Source: Pseudomonadota bacterium
GTDB taxonomy: Bacteria > Bdellovibrionota_C > UBA2361 > OMII01
NCBI GenBank assembly: GCA_038134595.1
Contig: JAYPVM010000001.1
Coordinates: 262,299 to 326,298 of the forward strand
Direction of reading: 5' to 3'
Length of the DNA: 64,000 bases
A model generated the notes under the pieces. It was not told where the DNA came from, did no database searches, and saw nothing but the letters and a program-made list of their open reading frames with translations. This document shows positions 1 to 9,487 of the stretch, piece after piece. The translations under genes were made by a program, and so were the position numbers. Numbering within the stretch: the stretch's first letter is position 1; each line of letters starts with the position of its first letter.

Positions 1-1374
1 GATAGCCAAGAGCTCTTCGATTCTCTTAGCGAGTTCTTCGTGCTCCTTCTCGATAGCAAGTCGCTCCATGCCGGTGAGTTTTTGAAGCCTCAGATCGAGA
101 ATCGCCTGCGCCTGTGTTGAAGAGAGGCTGTAGCGGGTTATTAACTCATCTTTTGCTTCTCGCGGAGTGCTTGCGGCTCTGATGAGGGCGATAACTTCAT
201 CGAGATTTAGGAGCGCAATCTTAAAGCCCTCCAAGAGGTGCATCCGCTCTTTAGCCTTCTTTAACTGAAACTCCGTACGTCTTGTTACGACATCTCTTCG
301 GTGATTGATGAAGTGTTGTAGTAACTCGATGAGCGAGCAAACCATCGGCTTGCCATCAACGATTGCAAGATTAACGATACCAAAGCTTGATTGCATTGGG
401 GTCATCTTGTAGAGCTGATTGAGTACGATCTCAGGAGTTGCATCTCGCTTGAGTTCTATAACGATACGCATTCCGGTTCTGTCACTCTCGTCTCGAAGCT
501 TTGAGATGCCCTCAATCTGCTTGTCGTTGACCAGAGATGCTATCTTCTCAATTAGTCTTGATTTGTTTAGCTGATATGGGATCTCAGTAACGACGATGAC
601 ATCAACTTCCCGAGATTTATTCTTAATCTTTTCAAAGTGAGTCTTCGCGCGAACCTGAATAATGCCTCTTCCGTTTGAGTATGCACTAATTATCGGCTGA
701 CGACCGTAGATTGCTCCACCCGTTGGGAAATCTGGGCCGGGAATGATATTAAGCATCTCTTGAAGGGTGATGTTTGGATTCTCAATCAGAGCCAATGCGC
801 CACTTACAACCTCTGTGAGATTGTGCGGAGGAATATGTGTGGCCATACCAACGGCGATTCCATTAGCGCCGTTTATGAGAAGATTTGGAGCGACAGAGGG
901 CAATACCACAGGCTCTTGTGTCGAATCGTCGAAGTTGGGAATGAAATCTACTGTCTCTTGTTCGATGTCTTCTAAGAGGCGCTCAGCGAGCGCTGTCATT
1001 CGACATTCGGTGTAACGATACGCGGCCGGAGGATCACCGTCGATCGAACCGAAGTTTCCTTGACCGTCGATTAACGTATACCGAAGGTTCCACGGTTGCG
1101 CCAATCGCACCAAGGCTTCATACACTGGCATATCACCGTGAGGATGGTAGCGCTTTAACACTTCGCCCACGACACCCGCACACTTGGAGTGCTTGCGATT
1201 TGAGGCGAGGCCTTCGTTTAACATCGCGTATAATACACGACGTTGAACGGGCTTTAGACCGTCTCGAACGTCGGGTAGCGCGCGGCCTACAATTACGCTC
1301 ATTGCGTAATCTAGGTACGATTGACGCATTTCTGATTCGATGGTGATGGGATTAACAGTGCCTTGATTTTCCAT
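1..1374 (-). CDS. gyrA: DNA gyrase subunit A (3' part runs off the window start)
   Basis: Manual translation from ATG at 1374: [46 protein letters not shown]...YHPHGD...[20 protein letters not shown]. Absent from the ORF track because it is truncated. Confidence 0.95.
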   Translation of the reverse strand, partial: MENQGTVNPITIESEMRQSYLDYAMSVIVGRALPDVRDGLKPVQRRVLYAMLNEGLASNRKHSKCAGVVGEVLKRYHPHGDMPVYEALVRLAQPWNLRYTLIDGQGNFGSIDGDPPAAYRYTECRMTALAERLLEDIEQETVDFIPNFDDSTQEPVVLPSVAPNLLINGANGIAVGMATHIPPHNLTEVVSGALALIENPNITLQEMLNIIPGPDFPTGGAIYGRQPIISAYSNGRGIIQVRAKTHFEKIKNKSREVDVIVVTEIPYQLNKSRLIEKIASLVNDKQIEGISKLRDESDRTGMRIVIELKRDATPEIVLNQLYKMTPMQSSFGIVNLAIVDGKPMVCSLIELLQHFINHRRDVVTRRTEFQLKKAKERMHLLEGFKIALLNLDEVIALIRAASTPREAKDELITRYSLSSTQAQAILDLRLQKLTGMERLAIEKEHEELAKRIEELLAI

Positions 1375-1518
1375 CCCCCAAGAGTATTGCAATAGTGCCT
1401 TAAGTTCAAGATCTTATCGCTCTGTAAGGCTCCAAAATGACAGTTATTTTTGGTATTTTTTGAGTCCTCTGAAGGGCTTTGAATAAGCCTTCATACCTGC
1501 TATACCAAGGAGGTATTC

Positions 1519-2343
1519 TTGTCTTTTAGAAAAACACCAAATGGGAGACTCCAAGTGAAGCTGTCAATCGTTATACCCTGTTACAATGAGCGGTCTACAA
1601 TTCAAGATATCGTGACTGCCGTGAAGAACTCCCCCATTGAGGATAAGGAGATAGTTATCGTTGATGACTATTCAACGGATGGCACAAGAGAGATATTGCG
1701 TAACGAAATAGCGCCTCAGGTAGATCAGATAATTTATCACGACTTTAATCAAGGCAAGGGGGCGGCGCTCCGAACGGGGTTTAAGCATGTTACAGGTGAT
1801 GTCGTGGTTGTTCAGGACGCGGATCTTGAATATGACCCACAGGAGTATGGAAGGCTCCTAGAGCCAATTATTGCTGGCAAGGCTGATGTAGTGTTTGGCT
1901 CTCGGTTCATAAGCGACAGACCTCACCGGGTTGTGTACTTCTGGCATCGTCTGGGTAACTCGATTCTCACGCTTCTCTCTAATATGTTTACAAATTTAAA
2001 CCTTACCGACATGGAGACCTGCTACAAGGTCTTTAAAAGAGAGATTATACAAGGCATTACCATTGAGGAATCCCGCTTTGGTTTTGAGCCTGAGATTACA
2101 GCAAAGATTGCCGCTATGCGTTGTCGTGTGTATGAGGTTGGTATTTCGTACTACGGCAGAACATATGAAGAGGGCAAGAAGATCGGATGGCGAGATGGAG
2201 TTCGCGCCGTTTTTGCTATCATTAAGTACAACGTGTTTAGCAAGCCACAACCGGTACTGCAAAAACAAGTAGTGTCATCACCAAGTGAAGAGGCGAAGCC
2301 GATTTCGTGCAATTCGAAAGAAAGCGGGTGTGGTTGCTCTTAG
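1519..2343 (+). CDS. Glycosyltransferase family 2 (DPM1-like)
   Basis: [46 protein letters not shown] motifs; AAGGAGG RBS before TTG. Confidence 0.92.
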   Translation: MSFRKTPNGRLQVKLSIVIPCYNERSTIQDIVTAVKNSPIEDKEIVIVDDYSTDGTREILRNEIAPQVDQIIYHDFNQGKGAALRTGFKHVTGDVVVVQDADLEYDPQEYGRLLEPIIAGKADVVFGSRFISDRPHRVVYFWHRLGNSILTLLSNMFTNLNLTDMETCYKVFKREIIQGITIEESRFGFEPEITAKIAAMRCRVYEVGISYYGRTYEEGKKIGWRDGVRAVFAIIKYNVFSKPQPVLQKQVVSSPSEEAKPISCNSKESGCGCS

Positions 2344-2538
2344 GGTAATGTCCTTTATGCCTATCGGGCTCTTGTAGGAGTCGGGGCACAAAGCCAACAG
2401 GTGCGCTTTGTCTTGCTATTATTGCTCGATATTATAGAAATTGTAGCTTGTTTCGGTGCGTGTGCTTGGCGTTTTCCCATACAAAAAGACACTTGGCTAT
2501 AGACACGCGTCTTCTATTTTGATACCGATAATAACGAT

Positions 2539-2625
2539 ATGACTACAGCAGTTACTTTCATTTTTGCTAACTTTTGGCTCGGATTTATTTTCGTGGCCTT
2601 TTTTATTGTTGGTGAGATGGGGTAA
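2539..2625 (+). CDS. Putative Phe-rich leader peptide, 28 aa (MTTAVTFIFANFWLGFIFVAFFIVGEMG)
   Basis: 7 Phe codons in 16 consecutive codons; its 3' end is complementary to the 5' arm of the downstream terminator. Confidence 0.65.
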   Translation: MTTAVTFIFANFWLGFIFVAFFIVGEMG

Positions 2626-2645
2626 GTAGTTATTAAAAATAAGCG

Positions 2646-2692
2646 AAAAACCTCCTCACCAAAGTAAAAATTTGGTGAGGAGGTTTTTTTTT
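2646..2692 (+). terminator. Intrinsic terminator / attenuator hairpin
   Basis: Perfect 18-bp inverted repeat AAAAACCTCCTCACCAAA / TTTGGTGAGGAGGTTTTT ending in a T9 run, about 105 nt upstream of the ORF at 2799. Confidence 0.85.
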
Positions 2693-2798
2693 GGTCGAAA
2701 CGCTGACTTCCGGTCCTGTGATGTCGAGCTCTTTGTAGCCGTTAGGCAAAAGAAGTCAAGCGAAAACTCTGAATACAGAACAATGAACGGAGAGATAT

Positions 2799-4313
2799 AT
2801 GGCAGCTGAGCAGGGAGTTGAAGTGCACGATAAGCGAGTAGAGCGCCCACGAGTGGATCGGCTTGATCAGAGTGAGCTACGGCTTGGTAATGTGCTGGGG
2901 GAAGAAGCAAAGCTCACTCGCCTCTTACATGATGCGACTAACATGTCTATGACTGCTGATTTGGGTCCAGTTTCTTGTCGAGAGGGGATTGATGTTGGAA
3001 TTCCGGATCCGAAGATATTCTCTAATTACTGCGTGTATTATCCCGAGGTGGTGGTGGAAGCTCTCGCGCGTTTGTATGAGGAGTACAACGAAGTGTTTGT
3101 CGAACTAGCACAAAAAAATGCAGAAGACTGCCACGCCTACCAGTACAACTATCAGGGAAGTGAGCCTATAAATCACTTTGTACAAATTGACATGATGGGC
3201 TTGCCTGAAGAGTTTCTTGCGGGAGCATCTAATGCATCAGTAGAGGCTGTGCAGGAGGTGCTGCGCTCTAGGGTGTTTGAGATAGAAAACTCGGTAGCCG
3301 CATACCACCTGCTGTCATCGTTATTTGTTACCGAAACTCAGCCCAAGACTTTGTTTGGCGAGACATTTCGAGCACGGTTAGATGAGTTGCGAGAAAAACA
3401 TCAAAAGCCGATAGCGTTACTTGCCGTGACAGATGAAAAGTACGACTCCATGCTTTCTTTTGAATTCGGCAAGAGTGAAGGGGGAGTGTTGCCAGCAGAG
3501 GAGGTAAAGCAAAAGACTGGATTCGACGTATTTATGGGCCCAAAGGAGTTTCTTGCGCACCTTGCCGAGAACGATGGAGTTTGCCAGTACATGTTGTATG
3601 TCCGAGCCTCAGCCCCTACTGAGCGACTTAAAGATCCAAGGGTCTCTGTCGAAAGCCCTCTTCTCTCTGATTCTGCTCTTCGAGCGGTTATTAGACAGAA
3701 TGCGCTGACGTTTAATATCGACGCACCGGATGCGCCTTTTGAGAATAGAATTAATGACACCAAGGAATATCTGATACCGATGGATATGGCGTTTCGAATT
3801 ACGAGTCTAAACGATCTCTTCGATGGTGATTTCTTGGCGTATATGAATAGCAAGAGGGCAACGTGGGATGGATATCAAGGTTTAAATAGACTTTCCGCTC
3901 CTTTTAGAGACTTTCTTGAGAGTCAGGATGTAGCAGTAGATGCTGTTGAGTCTGGAGAGGTAATGCTTCGTGCAAAGCCAGAAAAAGAGACGTATGGATG
4001 TTATGGACATGTTCGGGGTGCAGTGAGTAATCGAGAATTTAAGCGGGAGGTTCGGCAGGGGCTTGACCGGAGGGGCTCCTATGTTGTTCAGGTTGAAATG
4101 AAGATGCCGACTATCGAAAATACGCATGACAATATGCGGATGACCTACATAGATAGGAACTTTTTTACGATGACTGAGGATGGCCCTAAGTTTATGGGTG
4201 GTTTTCGAGCGATGATGGACGTAGACTCTCGCGAGGCAAAACACGGGAGAATTCACGGCTCTAATGAAACGGTATGGAGTGAAATCCTTCCAGCTTCGAT
4301 GTTGACTAGGTAG
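2799..4313 (+). CDS. Uncharacterised 504-aa protein, putative circularly permuted ATP-grasp amide ligase
   Basis: Long ORF with GGAGA RBS. Ordered motifs QIDMM..FEIENS..AKPEKETYGCYG..YVVQ..IDRNFF resemble the GSP-synthetase/CP-ATP-grasp motif order. The ORF is solid; the family call is inference. Confidence 0.55.
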   Translation: MAAEQGVEVHDKRVERPRVDRLDQSELRLGNVLGEEAKLTRLLHDATNMSMTADLGPVSCREGIDVGIPDPKIFSNYCVYYPEVVVEALARLYEEYNEVFVELAQKNAEDCHAYQYNYQGSEPINHFVQIDMMGLPEEFLAGASNASVEAVQEVLRSRVFEIENSVAAYHLLSSLFVTETQPKTLFGETFRARLDELREKHQKPIALLAVTDEKYDSMLSFEFGKSEGGVLPAEEVKQKTGFDVFMGPKEFLAHLAENDGVCQYMLYVRASAPTERLKDPRVSVESPLLSDSALRAVIRQNALTFNIDAPDAPFENRINDTKEYLIPMDMAFRITSLNDLFDGDFLAYMNSKRATWDGYQGLNRLSAPFRDFLESQDVAVDAVESGEVMLRAKPEKETYGCYGHVRGAVSNREFKREVRQGLDRRGSYVVQVEMKMPTIENTHDNMRMTYIDRNFFTMTEDGPKFMGGFRAMMDVDSREAKHGRIHGSNETVWSEILPASMLTR

Positions 4314-4378
4314 TGAGCCTTCCTCGTTGAGGAGGCTACTTGCTAATTCTAGCAAGACACATATTAGAGGAAGATACC

Positions 4379-5449
4379 ATGAAAAGTGATATTGTTGCTC
4401 TTTCAGAGCGTCTAATTGCTCTCAAGACCGATCCAGACAATCGAAAGGAATTACACAAAGCGCTTTTACTGATTGAGCGAGAGCTTAAAGGATTCACTAT
4501 CGAGCGATTCGATAAAGATGGGTGCAAAAGTATTCTCGTACACAACAGAAAGCAACGACCAAAGCGTTTCACTGTGCTGTTAAACGGTCATCTAGATGTA
4601 ATTCCTGGAAAGGACTTTCAGTACAAACCTGTTGTGAAAGGTCCTAGACTTTATGGCGTAGGCTCGATGGATATGAAGTCTAACGTGGCGTGTCTTGTCG
4701 CAGCTTTTAAGGATGTCGCGCGCGTGGTGAAGTATCCACTCGGATTGCAGATCGTCACTGATGAGGAGATTGGAGGGTTTGAGGGTACCCTCCATCAGAT
4801 TAAGCAGGGTGTGAAGGCAGACTTTGTGATTGCAGGAGAGGCGACTCAATTTGATATTGTAAATCAAGCAAAAGGTGTGCTGTGGTTGAAGGTCTCTTGC
4901 AAGGGTAAAACCGCACATGGCGCATACCCGTGGCGGGGCTGTAACGCTATCCTTGAGATGAATGCCGCGTTAGAAGAGCTCTTACAGCGCTTCCCGATTC
5001 CGCAGAGCCAAGAGTGGGTTTCAACCGTTAATGTTAGTAGGGTTGAGACTACGAATGCCAGTTTTAACAAAGTTCCGGATGATTGTTCAGCGATGCTTGA
5101 TATTCGGTTCGTTCCTAAAGACGCCAAACGTATATTACAAAAGGTTAAAGCCGCCTTTCCAAAGGGGTTTACCTTTGAGGTGCTCGCCCAAGAGCCAGCA
5201 CTCAACGTTCCGGAGTCGAATCATTTTTTACAAGCTTTAAAAGCGTGCACTGAGGAAGTCACGGGCAAAGAAGTTTCCTTCTATGGGGCGCAAGGATCCT
5301 CTGATGCCCGACACTTTACCAGGATAGGATGTGCCGGAGTAGAGTTTGGTCCTATAGGTAAGGGAATAGGAACTGATAATGAATGGGTTAGTATTCCGAG
5401 TTTAAAGAAATATCGTGCGATATTAAATCGCTTTCTCCTCTCACTTTAG
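4379..5449 (+). CDS. M20 family metallopeptidase (DapE/ArgE-like)
   Basis: NGHLDVIP, GSMDMK, DEEIGG, GKTAHG, FNKVP, SDA motifs; ATG 4379 with GAGGA RBS. Confidence 0.9.
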   Translation: MKSDIVALSERLIALKTDPDNRKELHKALLLIERELKGFTIERFDKDGCKSILVHNRKQRPKRFTVLLNGHLDVIPGKDFQYKPVVKGPRLYGVGSMDMKSNVACLVAAFKDVARVVKYPLGLQIVTDEEIGGFEGTLHQIKQGVKADFVIAGEATQFDIVNQAKGVLWLKVSCKGKTAHGAYPWRGCNAILEMNAALEELLQRFPIPQSQEWVSTVNVSRVETTNASFNKVPDDCSAMLDIRFVPKDAKRILQKVKAAFPKGFTFEVLAQEPALNVPESNHFLQALKACTEEVTGKEVSFYGAQGSSDARHFTRIGCAGVEFGPIGKGIGTDNEWVSIPSLKKYRAILNRFLLSL

Positions 5450-5932
5450 TTTGAGTATAGCCCGCACAGGGTTTATTTGTTTTGGAGTTGTTGACCGTGG
5501 CCGATGGCGTGCGGCAAATAGCTTGGCAAGCTTTACAGCAGTTCTTGAGGAGGGGAGTAATACGAGGGTATTATGAAATCCTGCTAGTCTCGTGACGACC
5601 CGTTTGTTGATCTGGGAGCTTTCGGAGGGCAATATCGGGCAATCATTTCATTTAGGTGTTTCTCGCCACGGCGTTCAGCATCTCTCCATTCATTTAAGGA
5701 GGGTGTTATTTTCAAGCCTTGTAGGTCCAATAATTCAGATCGCGTATCAGTGGGCTGGGTGTTGCCAGTAGTAGTGTGTACCATATCGTTTATTTCCAAG
5801 AGCTTTTTGCCAAGGTGCTAGCATATCACAACAGCAAGGGGCTAACCAAGACGGTAGGGTGAGAGGGCAGGTTGCCGTAAATATTAAAAGATTATTTCAA
5901 GACGGACTGTGTGAAGAGGTTTTTGGCGTAGA

Positions 5933-6022
5933 TGGCGGAGAGGAAGGGATTCGAACCCCCGATACCGTTTCCGGTATACCTGATTTCGAATCAGGCGCCT
6001 TCAGCCACTCGGCCACCCCTCC
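5933..6022 (-). tRNA. tRNA-Ser(CGA)
   Basis: Reverse complement GGAGGGGTGGCCGAGTGG...CCTGA-TT-CGA-AA-TCAGG, long variable arm, GGTTCGAATCC, 3' CCA. Confidence 0.97.
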
Positions 6023-6316
6023 GTAGGATATAGTTAATTGATATAACTATATATGCTTTTTAAAAACACTCACAAGCCTAGCTTCAGCCAATTAGTGCAT
6101 ATCGAAAGCGTAGTATAAGTAACCCAAGGCGGAGGGAAAGTCTACCAAAGACCGCCGAAAACCATTTCGAGGTGTGTTTTCTTTGAGCAACTTCTCTTGA
6201 GTGGCCCTAGTAGCGGATAAATCTATGGACCCCAATCCTTTACTAGCGAGGGCGATTAGATGATATTTGTCTTGTTCAAAGGCCTGTCATAGAAAAGCAT
6301 TATTGCCGGAAAATAT

Positions 6317-6631
6317 ATGATGCAGCGAGCAAGTAGCAACCTTTCACATGATGATATCACATACAGAGATATAGGTATTCGGGCCACAGCGAGGGAACTA
6401 TTGTCTACTCCCCTTGCTGATGTTGGCCGTGTACGGAAGATGCTTGAGGCTCGTATAAGCAAGGGTGTGTTCACTGATGATGACCTGCAAAAGACCTTGG
6501 GCACTATAACGCCTGACACAGCGTGTGTAGATAGTCTTGTAAGAAACACACAGCTTGAACTCTCGGATCAGCAGAGGGTGGCGCAGGCTTGCTTTGCTCA
6601 TCTAACTCCTCCCTGCTTTCCCATCGTCTAG
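6317..6631 (+). CDS. Hypothetical protein
   Basis: 104-aa ORF with protein-like composition; no motif recognised. Confidence 0.4.
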   Translation: MMQRASSNLSHDDITYRDIGIRATARELLSTPLADVGRVRKMLEARISKGVFTDDDLQKTLGTITPDTACVDSLVRNTQLELSDQQRVAQACFAHLTPPCFPIV

Positions 6632-6818
6632 GGTGCCAGAATTTCTGTATCATCTTGATTGCTTGTTCGGGGCATTATAACGCCTAAACTAGAGTAAATA
6701 GAAAGCTGTAAGCTGTTTAGGAGAACCGTGAAACTTTGATTGATGTCTAACACTGATGGATTAAATGTTTTTCATGCGCACTCAAATAAGACGATCCGCA
6801 GGCTTTTGCATGCTGACA

Positions 6819-7706
6819 CTACGCGACAGTTTCTTGAGCCACACAAACTACTTTTCCCGTGCTTCTATCTATCGAAAATTGAAGCTCTAAAGGCCTTGTC
6901 TCGTCTCGGAGGGGCACGAATGTTCTGATATGAAATTGACTCCCATCTGACTGTGATCCGATGTTCTGGATCTCTGGAACTTCGCGCTCGCCTAACAAGG
7001 CGCTTTGCTCGCGAATACGAGAGCGCACATTTGGAATAATCGTCTCTTCCAAAATAACGGAGAAGTCATCATTGCACTCTGAGATAATGCTAGCGGCTGC
7101 GTGTCGCAATGCCTCGTCAAATGCTTTATCTGTAAAAATCGGAACTGCATCGGCGGGTCGATCTACAGACGATGAGGGAAGGAGAGCGAGACATACCGGT
7201 GAATCTTGTGAAAAATGTTCGAAGCGAAGGCCTGCAAGTTGAGGGTTGTTGTCTTCGGCAGGGCCGTCAGGGGCTATGACGTGTTTCTTTTGAGAATCCG
7301 CGCTAAAGGTTCCACGCTCAAGGGGAGGGGCTGGATTCCAGACTGAATTGATATTGGGCAGCACGTATTGCCCTCCTAGGGTCTGGGCAACCACCACTGG
7401 TATTGGGTGTCCGTGCTCAGTTGACTTGCAGTATTGTAATGCAGCGTGAAAGCCCTGTTCGCGCAGCATATTGCGAAGCTCGTGAGCCGCGGTTACTAAT
7501 TCGGGGCGAGTAACTTGATTTTTTATATAATCCTCCACCAAAGTTGATGTTGCTTCTATCTGGAGCTTGTCGCCCAAGAAGCCTTCAACTACCTCAGTTA
7601 AAGGAGTAAATGGGGATGTATTTAGTTGCAGAAGACTCGACTTCTGCTGTGGGATATTTTCAAACATACGGGTAAGATATGAAGAGATGAACTGGCTATG
7701 TAGCAT
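6819..7706 (-). CDS. Hypothetical protein (ORFan-like)
   Basis: 295-aa uninterrupted ORF; no motif recognised. Confidence 0.7.
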   Translation of the reverse strand: MLHSQFISSYLTRMFENIPQQKSSLLQLNTSPFTPLTEVVEGFLGDKLQIEATSTLVEDYIKNQVTRPELVTAAHELRNMLREQGFHAALQYCKSTEHGHPIPVVVAQTLGGQYVLPNINSVWNPAPPLERGTFSADSQKKHVIAPDGPAEDNNPQLAGLRFEHFSQDSPVCLALLPSSSVDRPADAVPIFTDKAFDEALRHAAASIISECNDDFSVILEETIIPNVRSRIREQSALLGEREVPEIQNIGSQSDGSQFHIRTFVPLRDETRPLELQFSIDRSTGKVVCVAQETVA

Positions 7707-7893
7707 TGCTGGTGATAGTGGTATATTTACTTGAGAATATTAGATTCCCACGTGACTTTTCTTGAGCAAAAGCTTCGTTTCGAGGCTATTTCTCATCCGC
7801 TGGCTGGCTAGGCAAGTACATGCCATAGTATCTCGCTTGGGCCTCAATGTGGGGTGCTGGTAGAGGGATATTTCGAAAAAAGGAGAATGGCTG

Positions 7894-8214
7894 ATGATAC
7901 CGCAAATTACGCCAAGAGAGCTTAAAAGTCGGCTGGACAAGGGTGATGATGTCTATCTCCTCGACGTGCGAGAACCACGGGAACGAGATATTTGCAATAT
8001 CGGGGGTGAATTAATACCGATGGATACGGTTGATGATCACATTGATCGCTTGCCGCGAGACAAGGACATCGTTGTGTACTGTCGTAGTGGAGGGCGAAGT
8101 CAGGCGATAGCAGAAAGGTTGCAATCTCAGCACGGCTTTACAAAAGTCAGTAATTTGTCAGGTGGAATGCTTCGATGGTCGGATGATGTGGATCCTTCGA
8201 TGAAGAAGTACTGA
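7894..8214 (+). CDS. Single-domain rhodanese-like sulfurtransferase
   Basis: LLDVREP, VVYCRSGGRS, NLSGGMLRW; AGGAGA RBS. Confidence 0.92.
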   Translation: MIPQITPRELKSRLDKGDDVYLLDVREPRERDICNIGGELIPMDTVDDHIDRLPRDKDIVVYCRSGGRSQAIAERLQSQHGFTKVSNLSGGMLRWSDDVDPSMKKY

Positions 8215-8277
8215 GTTAGACGTTGCCAGTACGGTAATGGCAGAGAGCGCCCTTGCTATGTATTTTAGGCAAAATTT

Positions 8278-8949
8278 CTAAGTACTGTCTCTTGATTTTC
8301 GAACAAATTCTTGCCATCGCTGACGGCACTGTTCTTTCTGTTCGAAGGTCATCTGGGGAGACTCCCACGGAGAACAAACATATGGGCCCTGCAGTTCAAT
8401 GAGCTCATTTAATGATGTTGCCCCGAGGCTTAAAGCGAGCCTTTCTGTAGCGAGTAAAGCCATCTTGGCATCCTCGGCAGCATTGTGTGCAATACCGACG
8501 ACCACACCTAGTTTCTGGCAGAGATCTGTCAGGGAAAAGTCTTCCGGAAGGTCTAATTTGGCGATTCGGGCCAATGTTTTTGCGCAAATGATGGGCTTTT
8601 TCTCTATTTCTGAAAACTCAGTGGTAAGTTCGTTTCGCGAGTATGCCCCGCGAAGGTATTCGATATCTAGATGGGTGAAGTATCCACCAAGTGCCACGGC
8701 TTTTTTGAGTATGTTGTGAGCCTTGAGGACGAGCTCCCGTTCGCTCTGAGCGCTAGCTAGATCGCCGTTAGTGATTCCTGTTAATTTTGTAATATAGCTA
8801 GAAAGATAGACACTTGGCTTAGCACGCTCAGAAAACCGCATACCTGTTTTGGATACGATTCCGAATTCAATTATTTCTGCCGTCGGAGTATCTAGGCTAG
8901 TAGCCTCACAATCAAAAAATAGTGCCAAATCGAAACTATCTATCGCCAT
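8278..8949 (-). CDS. DEDDh 3'-5' exonuclease (DnaQ-like)
   Basis: FFDCEATSLD (ExoI), LTGIT, HLDIEYL (ExoII), AHNAAEDA (ExoIII). Confidence 0.88.
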   Translation of the reverse strand: MAIDSFDLALFFDCEATSLDTPTAEIIEFGIVSKTGMRFSERAKPSVYLSSYITKLTGITNGDLASAQSERELVLKAHNILKKAVALGGYFTHLDIEYLRGAYSRNELTTEFSEIEKKPIICAKTLARIAKLDLPEDFSLTDLCQKLGVVVGIAHNAAEDAKMALLATERLALSLGATSLNELIELQGPYVCSPWESPQMTFEQKEQCRQRWQEFVRKSRDST

Positions 8950-8959
8950 GATGGATTTT

Positions 8960-9427
8960 TTATTGATTGACTCTGCGTAGAGAGGCTATAGCCTCTAAGA
9001 TGGGCTCTTTTTCCCCGTCAAGAAGTGGCACTTCAATCTGAGTGCTTCCCACCTTGTGGAGTGTAAGAACCATTGAGTAACTGAGAGTGGGAGTAAAACG
9101 TGGCTCCGAAGAGGAGGGAATGTTGGGGGTTTCCGCAGAGATCGTGCCCCAGATGCCCTCGGGCGCTTTACTTTCTGTATTGGGATGATTGGTTTGGTCA
9201 ACGATATTCCACGAAGTCATTGCATAGGTATCGAGGATTGTTGCGACTCGATCTCTAACGGCGTGCAAGGGGCTTGGATGGGTGCCTTTAGCACCTGGGG
9301 TGCCTTCTGTTATAAACTTCGTGACCAGTTCAATTTTCTTCGCTAGCTCTGACCGGTCAATTTGGCTCCCATTAAAAGAGAGGTTGTCCGTGCCCATATT
9401 AAGTGGTCTCGCAAAATTGCTTAGCAT
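8960..9427 (-). CDS. Hypothetical protein
   Basis: 155-aa ORF co-oriented and tightly spaced between the NTase and exonuclease genes. Confidence 0.65.
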   Translation of the reverse strand: MLSNFARPLNMGTDNLSFNGSQIDRSELAKKIELVTKFITEGTPGAKGTHPSPLHAVRDRVATILDTYAMTSWNIVDQTNHPNTESKAPEGIWGTISAETPNIPSSSEPRFTPTLSYSMVLTLHKVGSTQIEVPLLDGEKEPILEAIASLRRVNQ

Positions 9428-9487
9428 CTTTGTTCTATGTTGTTAATCCTTTTTGTCGCAGTCGACTAGGATATCATAGAACGGTGT

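Noticed and set aside
760..1015. Plus-strand ORFs here and the many antisense ORFs inside acnA, ccmF, secA, mnmE, the ATPase and the U32 gene
   Set aside because: Shadow frames of well-supported genes.
2344..5932. Integrated island at the tRNA-Ser(CGA) 3' end
   Set aside because: No integrase and no duplicated tRNA 3' end (att site) found by eye.
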